A stretch of DNA of 64,000 bases from Gammaproteobacteria bacterium (GTDB lineage Bacteria; Pseudomonadota; Gammaproteobacteria; Ga0077536). The position numbers and the translations under genes were made by a program. The stretch lies in contig SHZM01000012.1 of assembly GCA_009692265.1 (NCBI GenBank), positions 4,273 to 68,272 of the forward strand, in the 5' to 3' direction. The notes beneath the pieces are model-generated. The model saw only the letters and a list, made by a program, of their open reading frames with translations, did not search any database and had not been told where the DNA came from. The first letter of the stretch is position 1. Every line of letters begins with the position of its first letter. Below, one piece after another: positions 49,781 through 57,678 of this stretch.

Positions 49781-50189
49781 GAAGGCCCTGCTAGCACTGC
49801 GCTTTCCGGCCGACCCGCGACGTTTACGGAACGTCCGTGAACGGGTACAAGTGGTAGCCGAACATCTCGGCTGCAGCAAAAAACACGTGACCGATCTGGT
49901 ACTAGCGGTAAACGAAGCTTGTATGAATATTATTCAACACGCGTATAAGGGCGACAAATCCGGGCAGATAGAGCTTGAGGTGCGCCGGGATGGGGGGCAA
50001 ATTCACGTGGTTTTAACGGACTTCGCGGCGCCGGTGGAATTCCGCAAAATCCGACCGCGCGCGCTGCACGAATTGCGGCCTGGGGGGTTGGGTACTTATT
50101 TCATGCAGGCAAGCGTTGACGAATGCAGCTACGGTCACTTGGACGGTAAATCCGGGAATTTCGTGCGTATGATTAAGAACATTAACTAG
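49761..50189 (+). CDS. RsbW/SpoIIAB-like anti-sigma-type Ser kinase (HATPase_c_2)
   Basis: N-box NEACMNIIQHAY and G-box GGLGTYFM are present. The start is TTG at 49761 or ATG at 49770, and either overlaps the end of the phosphatase gene. Confidence 0.7.
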   Translation: MKPMAPKKALLALRFPADPRRLRNVRERVQVVAEHLGCSKKHVTDLVLAVNEACMNIIQHAYKGDKSGQIELEVRRDGGQIHVVLTDFAAPVEFRKIRPRALHELRPGGLGTYFMQASVDECSYGHLDGKSGNFVRMIKNIN

Positions 50190-50197
50190 GCAGCACC

Positions 50198-50530
50198 ATG
50201 GCGTATCAAGTTAAAAAAGACAGCGGTTTTTCGGTTGTCCATCTCACTGGCGATATCGATTTATCGTGCTCGCCGGAGGCACGCAAATCCATCCTCGATA
50301 GTTTGGCAGCGGCTCAGCCCACGTTGGTGGATCTCTCCGCTGTTACCTATATCGACAGCTCTGGCGTCGCAAGTCTTGTCGAAGGCTATCAAACCGCAAA
50401 GAAAAAGAACCTTGAGTTCGGTCTCCTCGGCGTCAGTGAAGCGGCCCTGAGTGTGCTTGAACTCGCCCGCCTTGATCGGGTTTTCCCGATTTATGCCTCG
50501 CTTAAGGACCGTCTAGCCAAGAATGGCTGA
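50198..50530 (+). CDS. STAS-domain protein (anti-sigma-factor-antagonist / MlaB-like)
   Basis: 110 aa. The motif YIDSSGVASLVE includes the DSSG phospho-Ser position of the SpoIIAA/RsbV family. Confidence 0.8.
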   Translation: MAYQVKKDSGFSVVHLTGDIDLSCSPEARKSILDSLAAAQPTLVDLSAVTYIDSSGVASLVEGYQTAKKKNLEFGLLGVSEAALSVLELARLDRVFPIYASLKDRLAKNG

Positions 50531-51335
50531 AACCAGTTTCGGCTCTGTGCGAGGACGACTGGTACAGCTCGGACGCGCTGCAACAGCGGTAATTGAAGAA
50601 TACGGCTATTGGGTTACGCTCCTCGGAGAAAGTCTCTATTGGATCGTCGTTGGGCCGTTCAAGCGGCGACCAGTGCGCTTGTCGGCAACCGTCGCGCAGA
50701 TGGTCAGCATTGGAATCGCCGCGGTGCCTATTGTTTTTATGTTGTCTTTTGCCATCGGCGTGATGTTGGCGATCCAGGGAATCTATACGTTGCGGCAGTT
50801 TGGCGCCGAAACCCAAGTGGTTTTGGGCATTGCACTGTCCGTGGTACGCGAGTTCGGCCCGCTAATAACCGGAATCCTCGTGGCGGGCCGAACAGGCTCA
50901 GCGCTGGCCGCGCGGATTGGAACGATGCAGGCGAACCAGGAGATTGACGCGTTGCGGGTGATGGGGATCGACCCGGTACGTTTTCTGGCCGCGCCAGTAT
51001 TCATTGCGACGTTGGTTATGGTGCCAGCTCTCACCTTATTCTCGGATCTCGCCGCGATGTTTGGTGGGGCAGTGTACTGTCAACTCGAACTCGGCTTAAA
51101 TCATGTGGCTTATTGGGATCAGGCGACTTCTTTTATTGTGATCAACGATGTTACGCAGGGCTTGATTAAGAGTCTGGTGTTCGCGGTGATTGTGGCGTTG
51201 GTCGGAATCAGTAATGGTTTCGCCGTGACGGGCGGAGCCGAGGGTGTCGGTCGGGCCACCACGCGCGCCGTGGTGGCGTCGATCTCCTATATCGTATTGG
51301 CCGATATGCTCTTTACGTATTTTCTGAATCGATGA
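50523..51335 (+). CDS. mlaE: MlaE-family ABC transporter permease
   Basis: 270 aa with GPLITGILVAGRTGSALAARIGTMQANQEIDAL. Its start overlaps the STAS stop (ATGGCTGA). Confidence 0.85.
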   Translation: MAETSFGSVRGRLVQLGRAATAVIEEYGYWVTLLGESLYWIVVGPFKRRPVRLSATVAQMVSIGIAAVPIVFMLSFAIGVMLAIQGIYTLRQFGAETQVVLGIALSVVREFGPLITGILVAGRTGSALAARIGTMQANQEIDALRVMGIDPVRFLAAPVFIATLVMVPALTLFSDLAAMFGGAVYCQLELGLNHVAYWDQATSFIVINDVTQGLIKSLVFAVIVALVGISNGFAVTGGAEGVGRATTRAVVASISYIVLADMLFTYFLNR

Positions 51336-52126
51336 GCGCTAACCATTATGCGATCGAGGTCGAAGATCTGGTTGCCTACTATGGCTCGCGCCGGATCCTG
51401 GACGGGGTCTCGCTCCAAGTTGGCTACGGCGAAATCATGGTCATCATGGGCGGTAGTGGATCAGGCAAGAGTACGTTATTGCGGCATTTATTAGCGCTGC
51501 AAACCCCGCGCAGCGGCAGTATTCGAATCCTAGGACGTGATATCACCACGGCTAGCGCGGATATGCTGCACGAGCTACGCCAGAGTATTGGGGTCTCATT
51601 CCAGGGCGGCGCGCTACTGAGCTCGCTGACCATCGGCGAAAACGTCGCACTCCCGTTACGCGAGCACACCCGCCTGGATGACAGCATCATTGAGATCACG
51701 GCGCGATTAAAACTCGAAATCGTCAGCCTCGGCGGCTTCGAGCACCTGTACCCCGCGCAGTTGTCGGGCGGAATGATCAAACGTGCGGCTCTGGCACGCG
51801 CCATGGCGATGGATCCCAAGATGCTTTTTTTTGATGAGCCGTCGGCCGGACTGGATCCCGTGGTGTCGTCCGAACTCGATGACCTGATCATAAAGCTTCG
51901 CGATACCTTGGGTGTGACGATCGTCGTGGTCACCCATGAACTTGAGAGCGCGTTTAAAATTGCAGATCACATCACTGTATTAGATCATGGGCGAATCCTG
52001 ATCTCGGGGACTGCAGACATCGTGCGCAATTCATCCATAGAGCGGGTACAAGATCTGCTCCACCGTCGGTCGCGCCCGATCGAGATCTCGGCCGACGATT
52101 ACCTTCACCGACTCACCGGCGGATAA
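51332..52126 (+). CDS. mlaF: MlaF-family ABC transporter ATP-binding protein
   Basis: Walker A GGSGSGKST, signature LSGGMIKR and Walker B LFFDEP are present. It overlaps mlaE by 4 nt. Confidence 0.85.
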   Translation: MSANHYAIEVEDLVAYYGSRRILDGVSLQVGYGEIMVIMGGSGSGKSTLLRHLLALQTPRSGSIRILGRDITTASADMLHELRQSIGVSFQGGALLSSLTIGENVALPLREHTRLDDSIIEITARLKLEIVSLGGFEHLYPAQLSGGMIKRAALARAMAMDPKMLFFDEPSAGLDPVVSSELDDLIIKLRDTLGVTIVVVTHELESAFKIADHITVLDHGRILISGTADIVRNSSIERVQDLLHRRSRPIEISADDYLHRLTGG

Positions 52127-52139
52127 TCGAGACCTCAGA

Positions 52140-53150
52140 GTGAAGCGCGATACCGTTAATTACCTCGTCGTTGGTTTGTTCGTCACCGCCATTCTGGCGG
52201 CTTTTTTTATCATGATGGTCTTCATCACAGGCCGCGCGGGACCGAGTGACCATTATTTCGCCCGCTACGAAAACGTCACTGGGATCAAATTCGGGACGGG
52301 AGTGTTTTACGAAGGCTATCGTGTGGGGCAGGTTGAATCGGTAGAACCGGTTCCAGCGCCCAACGGTATGCGTTATAAGGTCTCGATGACGGTCGCAAAG
52401 GATTGGCGAATCCCGGCGGATAGTCACGCCGAAGTCATTACGGCCGGCCTTATTTCGCAGGTACAGATAGAAATCCGCGAAGGTATCAGCACCGAACTGC
52501 TAATACCGGGTTCCGAAATTACCGGTGTCCAACAAGTCGATTTATTCTCGGCCTTGAGCGAAGCCGCGTCCGGTTTTAACGATCTCTCGGCAACCGGCGT
52601 GACGCCGGTGTTACGGAATCTGAATAAGCGCATTTCGCAAGTTGCCGACCAAATTATGGAATTTCGGCGCGACGAGTTATCCCCGCTAATCGCGACCTTA
52701 AATCATCGGATCGACGACGAATTAGCGCCGCAAGCCTTGACGGTATTGCGGCGATTGGACGCTAGCAGTGCGCGCTTAGACCAGTTTCTGGGTCCAGACA
52801 ACGAAGCAAAAGTAGGACAATTTCTCGATAACATTAACAGCGTCGCTGTAAACCTAAATGAATTAGTCGAACGACTGGAGACTACCCGTGCGCGCATGGA
52901 TGGGGTTCTAGTGCATCTGGATGGGGTGATATTGAACAATGAAGGCGATATTACCGACACGGTTAAAGGTGCGCGCCGGTCGTTAGCACAGATGGAAACA
53001 GCATTAACCACCGTGAATGAACGCATTGAATCGGTGATGTACAACCTCGATGGCAGCGCGCGCCAAATGCATGAACTGACGCGCGCTCTACGTGAGAATC
53101 CCACCCGTATCTTGCGAACACCCGCAACCTCGTCGGACAACACGCCATGA
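52140..53150 (+). CDS. mlaD: MCE-domain (MlaD-like) protein with a long helical C-terminal extension
   Basis: 336 aa with a GTG start. It has an N-terminal TM helix, one MCE domain and about 200 aa of predicted coiled-coil. Confidence 0.75.
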   Translation: MKRDTVNYLVVGLFVTAILAAFFIMMVFITGRAGPSDHYFARYENVTGIKFGTGVFYEGYRVGQVESVEPVPAPNGMRYKVSMTVAKDWRIPADSHAEVITAGLISQVQIEIREGISTELLIPGSEITGVQQVDLFSALSEAASGFNDLSATGVTPVLRNLNKRISQVADQIMEFRRDELSPLIATLNHRIDDELAPQALTVLRRLDASSARLDQFLGPDNEAKVGQFLDNINSVAVNLNELVERLETTRARMDGVLVHLDGVILNNEGDITDTVKGARRSLAQMETALTTVNERIESVMYNLDGSARQMHELTRALRENPTRILRTPATSSDNTP

Positions 53151-53758
53151 AGGCGGCGCTTGGGCTTGTGCTACTCAGTACGCTCGCTGGATGTGGCTCG
53201 GTTGAGCCGCTGCCGGAAGAAGTTTTTCTTCGCCTCAACCTGCCCACGTCCAACGGCGCGTCCGCGGCACCGCGATGGACGAGCGGCGAATTGCGGGTCG
53301 CGCCGGTCAAAGCCAGTGGACTTTATCGTGAACGAGCGCTGGCCTTTTCTAAAGACGGCGGCACGTCGCTGCAGCTTCATCGGTACCTGTTGTGGCTCGA
53401 TACGCCCTCAGAAATGGTGCAACAAACGTTAGTGGAGTTCTTGCAGGCGCGCGGGGTGGCCCCGCAGGTGGTTACCACGCAGTCTCCGGCGACTGCGCTT
53501 GAGTTGGCCGCTACAGTGACTAAATATGAACAGCTGATCGCGGGCCAGGCGAGCGTAATGCAAGCCGAAATTGCGTTCCAGCTTCGCGAGCCGGGGGGCG
53601 AAAGTTTATTTGTAAAAGCCTATCGCGCCGAAGAGGTCAGCCCCGACGACTCTCCGGCAACGTTGGCAACGGTGATGGCCCGAGTGATTGCAAACGTTTA
53701 TTCGCAGTTTGCTAATGATGCGACTGTCGTTCTTCAACCGGCCGTGGCGAGAGAGTAA
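53147..53758 (+). CDS. ABC-type transport auxiliary lipoprotein (DUF330 / PqiC-YmbA-like)
   Basis: 203 aa with the lipobox LSTLAGC. It overlaps the MCE gene by 4 nt. Confidence 0.65.
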   Translation: MKAALGLVLLSTLAGCGSVEPLPEEVFLRLNLPTSNGASAAPRWTSGELRVAPVKASGLYRERALAFSKDGGTSLQLHRYLLWLDTPSEMVQQTLVEFLQARGVAPQVVTTQSPATALELAATVTKYEQLIAGQASVMQAEIAFQLREPGGESLFVKAYRAEEVSPDDSPATLATVMARVIANVYSQFANDATVVLQPAVARE

Positions 53759-53764
53759 ACCTTG

Positions 53765-56017
53765 ATGGCTGAGTTAATCGTTCGGATAAAAGAACAAGGT
53801 ATCCGCATCGCGCTGTGCCTTGCCGTGCTGGCGCTATTCGTTTTCCACGCGACAAATTGGCTGCGATTGGCACTCGTCGACCAATTAGAGTTTATTGCCT
53901 ATGACAATCGCTTAACGTTGACGATGCCGAAGACGATCGAGCCCAGAATCGTTATCGTCGATATCGATGAAAAAAGCCTGACGGCTGAGGGACGCTGGCC
54001 CTGGGGACGTGACAAGCTAGCAGTGCTGATTGAGCGCATGTTCAACGATTACAAGGTGGGGCTGGTTGGTTTTGACATCGTCTTCGCGGAGCCCGATACA
54101 AGCTCTGGTCTGAACGTACTCGAGGGGTTGGCGCAGTCCGAGTTCAAAGACAATCAGATCTTTCACAACCGGTTAGCTGTGATGCGTCCGCGCCTGGACT
54201 ATGACCAGGTGTTTGCGGATACGATAAAAAAATTCCCTGTAGTGTTGGGGTACTACTTCAATTTTGCGACCACTGCGGACGATGCGGAGATCGCGAAGAT
54301 TGGCGCACTTCCCGCGCCGACCTTTGTGAAAGGAACTTTCACCGGAAAACATATCGCGTTTCGACCGGCGCAGGGCTACGGCGCGAACCTTGAAAAACTC
54401 CAGCAGGCAGCAGTCTTAGGCGGGCATTTTAATCCGACTCCGGATGCCGACGGGGTGATTCGGCGGGTACCAATGCTCATAGAGCATGAGGGCGCGTACT
54501 ACGCCTCGCTTGCGTTAGAAATGGCGCGTCTTGCGTTGGCAGCTGAAGCGATACTGCCCCGGTATGAACCTCCTCTGTTCGGCGGGAGTGGCTATCCCGG
54601 GCTCGAATGGCTACAGGTCGGGCCGAGCGCCGTTCCGGTCGATCGGCATGTGCAGACCCTGATCCCTTATCGTGGACGGTGTGGCAGTTTTCCCTATGTC
54701 TCGGCGACCGATGTCTTGAACGGTACCGTCGATAAACAAGTCATGGACGGCGCGATCGTCCTGGTTGGTACTACCGCGCCCGGGTTGCTAGATCTGCGTT
54801 CGACCCCGGTTGATGAGGTATATCCAGGAGTCGAGGTACACGCCAACTTGGTAGCCGGAATATTGAGCGGCGAGCTCAAGCAGTTACCGGAATACACCTT
54901 AGGTGCCGAGGTGCTGCTGCTGCTCCTGTTCGGATTAGTGATGGCCATAGTTGCGCCGATTTTGAGCCCCCTGTTTGCGACTCTGCTCGCGGGCGGGCTG
55001 ATCCTCGCTTACATTGGTTTAAATCTTATAGTGTGGACCTTGGCGGATTTTGTTTTGCCCGTCGCTTCCGGAGTTCTCATGCTCGTCGCGATGTTCGTTC
55101 TGAACATGTCCTATGGCTATTTCATCGAGACCCGAGGCAAGCAAAAAATCACAGGCTTATTTGGCCACTACGTACCGCCGTCGCTGGTCGACGAAATGGC
55201 TAAACGTCCAGAAGCCTATTCGCTGGAAGCCGAAAGCCGTGAGATGAGTGTGCTGTTTTCGGATATTCGCGATTTCACGAGCATTTCCGAAAAGCTGAAA
55301 CCGAAAGAATTATCGGCTTTGATGAACCAGTTCCTCACACCCATGACCCAGGCGATCCACAACCACCGGGGCACCATCGATAAATACATGGGCGATGCGA
55401 TCATGGCGTTTTGGGGAGCGCCACTCGACGATGACGCGCATACCTTGCACGCGGTTCAAGCGGGGCTTGAGATGCTGGCTCGGGTGAAGGAGCTCAATAA
55501 GGTCTTCGTCGCGAAGGGTTGGCCCGAAATCCGCATCGGAATTGGGGTGAATAGTGGCTCGATGAGCGTCGGCAATATGGGCTCCGAGTTCAGGGTTGCC
55601 TATACCGCGCTGGGTGACGCGGTAAACTTGGGTTCTCGCATTGAGAGCTTGACCAAGGGCTATGGGGTGGCAATGCTGGTCAGCGAGTCGACGAAGGAAG
55701 CGGTCCCGGAATATGCCTATCGCGAAATCGACCGCGTTCGCGTGAAGGGCAAGGAGCAGCCTATTTCGATCTATGAGCCGCTATTTCTAAAATCCGAATT
55801 GGACGAGAAATGGCGTAGCGAATTGAAGTTGCATCGGGAAGCGGTGCGCCTGTATCGCGCCCAGGACTGGGATGCGGCGGAAATGAATTTTTTAAGCCTG
55901 CAACGCAGTTCGCGCGCGCCAGGCTTGTATAAGATTTACGTGGATCGCGTCGCCCAGTTTCGACGCTCGCCCCCGCCCAGGAATTGGGACGGCGTTTACA
56001 CGCATTCGATCAAGTAG
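53765..56017 (+). CDS. CHASE2 sensor domain + class III adenylate/guanylate cyclase
   Basis: About 750 aa. The N-terminal CHASE2 region reads IVIVDIDEKSL..GRWPWGRD. TM helices follow, then a cyclase domain reading VLFSDIRDFTS...GDAIMAFWGAP...GxNxG. It starts 4-7 nt after the lipoprotein stop. Confidence 0.85.
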   Translation: MAELIVRIKEQGIRIALCLAVLALFVFHATNWLRLALVDQLEFIAYDNRLTLTMPKTIEPRIVIVDIDEKSLTAEGRWPWGRDKLAVLIERMFNDYKVGLVGFDIVFAEPDTSSGLNVLEGLAQSEFKDNQIFHNRLAVMRPRLDYDQVFADTIKKFPVVLGYYFNFATTADDAEIAKIGALPAPTFVKGTFTGKHIAFRPAQGYGANLEKLQQAAVLGGHFNPTPDADGVIRRVPMLIEHEGAYYASLALEMARLALAAEAILPRYEPPLFGGSGYPGLEWLQVGPSAVPVDRHVQTLIPYRGRCGSFPYVSATDVLNGTVDKQVMDGAIVLVGTTAPGLLDLRSTPVDEVYPGVEVHANLVAGILSGELKQLPEYTLGAEVLLLLLFGLVMAIVAPILSPLFATLLAGGLILAYIGLNLIVWTLADFVLPVASGVLMLVAMFVLNMSYGYFIETRGKQKITGLFGHYVPPSLVDEMAKRPEAYSLEAESREMSVLFSDIRDFTSISEKLKPKELSALMNQFLTPMTQAIHNHRGTIDKYMGDAIMAFWGAPLDDDAHTLHAVQAGLEMLARVKELNKVFVAKGWPEIRIGIGVNSGSMSVGNMGSEFRVAYTALGDAVNLGSRIESLTKGYGVAMLVSESTKEAVPEYAYREIDRVRVKGKEQPISIYEPLFLKSELDEKWRSELKLHREAVRLYRAQDWDAAEMNFLSLQRSSRAPGLYKIYVDRVAQFRRSPPPRNWDGVYTHSIK

Positions 56018-56083
56018 GCTGAGTTTGGGCCGCTTCGGAATTCACCTGACGAGCAGCACTCTGCGAGAGAGGCAGCCCTAGGC

Positions 56084-56830
56084 CTAACGCGTTAAAGTGA
56101 ATGACATCTTGATGCCAGCTAACTCGATTACATCGCCACTTTTCATCGCGTAAGCCTGTCCGCCAATCGTGGTACCGTTAACGACGGGATAATTATTGTT
56201 CTTCCCGTCCCCTTCGATATGCGTTAGGAAATACCCTTTGGGTCGACGCGAAATTACCGCGACTTGGACGCCGGGTTTTCCTAGCGTGATCAGCGCTTTG
56301 CCGAGTTCGAGTTCTTTGCCCGCAATCGGACCATTCAACACCTGCAGTTTCCCTAGCGGCATCCCGCCAGGAACTGCCGCGGGTGACGGGGCAGATACCG
56401 CCGCTGCTGGACGCGGCGCGGCGGCCTGGGCAGCTGCCGCGGCACCAGCTTCTTCGGCGGCCTTTGCCGCAGCCACTGCGGCACTCGCGGAGCCGGGTCG
56501 AATAATCATCGTCTTTTCGAATTCTTCGTCGTCGGCAGTCGCATGCTCGTTGACGTATTTGAGTTCGTGCTTGCCGATACCGACTACGTCGCCATCCCGT
56601 AAAGCGTGCTTTTTAATGAGTTTGCCGTTGACGTAGGTACCGTTGGTGCTGCCCAGGTCTTCTAGAAAGGAGTCGTCCAGGATCGTGATGACCAGCGCGT
56701 GCTTGCCGCTAACTGCAAGGTTGTCGACCTGAACGTCGTTATCGGGTTTGCGCCCAATCGTCATACGTTCCTTGTTCAGTTGGAATTCCCCCTGAACTGC
56801 ACCATTCAAGCTGAGTACGAGTTTGCCCAT
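56084..56830 (-). CDS. Dual FHA-domain protein with an Ala/Pro-rich linker
   Basis: The ATG is at 56830. The N-terminal FHA domain is canonical (TIGR...SGKHA...DLGSTNGTYVNG). The C-terminal FHA-like domain is divergent. Confidence 0.8.
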   Translation of the reverse strand: MGKLVLSLNGAVQGEFQLNKERMTIGRKPDNDVQVDNLAVSGKHALVITILDDSFLEDLGSTNGTYVNGKLIKKHALRDGDVVGIGKHELKYVNEHATADDEEFEKTMIIRPGSASAAVAAAKAAEEAGAAAAAQAAAPRPAAAVSAPSPAAVPGGMPLGKLQVLNGPIAGKELELGKALITLGKPGVQVAVISRRPKGYFLTHIEGDGKNNNYPVVNGTTIGGQAYAMKSGDVIELAGIKMSFTLTR

Positions 56831-56844
56831 CTTCTTGCGTCCTA

Positions 56845-57678
56845 TCAGCTGTCTCGCGACCAAAGACCTTGTAGTTTCTCGAGAATTCCCGCGCTTGACG
56901 CGGTTACCGCATGCGGTCGGGCAAGCACCACTGAGATGTTGTCCCTACCCCCACTCGCGTTGGCTTGCTGCACCAATTCATGAGCGGCCTGTACAAGATT
57001 ACCACCGTATTTACTTAGGGTTAAGCGAATTTCCTCATCATCTACCATATCATTGAGGCCGTCCGAGCAGAGCAGATAGATATCCCCGGGCCGGGTCGCC
57101 ATTTCGGTCATTTCGACCTCAACGTGCTCGTCAATGCCGAGGGCGCGAGTCACAAGATTTTTTGGCGTATTCGCTTGTGCCTCTTCAGGGGTAAAAAAGC
57201 CTCGATCGATCAATTCCTGTACTAGAGAGTGGTCATTGGTGACCTGCTTCAAGGCATTGTCGCGAAATAAGTAAATACGGGAATCGCCGACGTGAGCCAG
57301 GGTCACCCGGCCTTCAGAAAACAGGGTGGCGACGATCGTTGTTCCCATGCCCTGGCATTGTGGGATGTTATGCGCGGTGCGATAGATGTACTTGTTCGCG
57401 TCTTCGATGCTGCGCCGAATGAGGTCCCTTTCGCGGGTCGCCTCGTTCGGCTTATTTTGCTGTTGGAAAAAATGTTTGTTTTGTCCCGCGCGGACCGCGT
57501 CTAAGACAACTTTCGCCGCGATCGCACTGGCGACCTCTCCCGCTTTATAACCGCCCATGCCATCGGCAACCAACGCCAGCCCCAATTCACGATCAGTGAC
57601 CGCGCTGTCTTCATTGTGCGGTCGTTTTCTACCCGGATCCGAGACATTGACGAGTTCGACATCCGGGACCGCAATCAT
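56845..57678 (-). CDS. PP2C-family Ser/Thr protein phosphatase
   Basis: RPHNEDS, ADGMGG, CSDGL and DNISV motifs are present. The ATG at 57678 shares one base with the kinase stop (TGATG). Confidence 0.85.
   Translation of the reverse strand: MIAVPDVELVNVSDPGRKRPHNEDSAVTDRELGLALVADGMGGYKAGEVASAIAAKVVLDAVRAGQNKHFFQQQNKPNEATRERDLIRRSIEDANKYIYRTAHNIPQCQGMGTTIVATLFSEGRVTLAHVGDSRIYLFRDNALKQVTNDHSLVQELIDRGFFTPEEAQANTPKNLVTRALGIDEHVEVEMTEMATRPGDIYLLCSDGLNDMVDDEEIRLTLSKYGGNLVQAAHELVQQANASGGRDNISVVLARPHAVTASSAGILEKLQGLWSRDS

Noticed and set aside
51424-53143. Minus-strand ORFs of 169 aa and 146 aa lie inside mlaF and the MCE gene.
   Set aside because: They are antisense shadows of well-supported transporter genes, and the translations are Ser/Arg-rich and low in complexity.
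56196-56636. A 146-aa + strand ORF lies opposite the FHA gene.
   Set aside because: It mirrors the Ala-rich linker of the FHA protein, since GCN codons read as Ala/Arg/Pro on the other strand. The FHA reading frame has canonical motifs.
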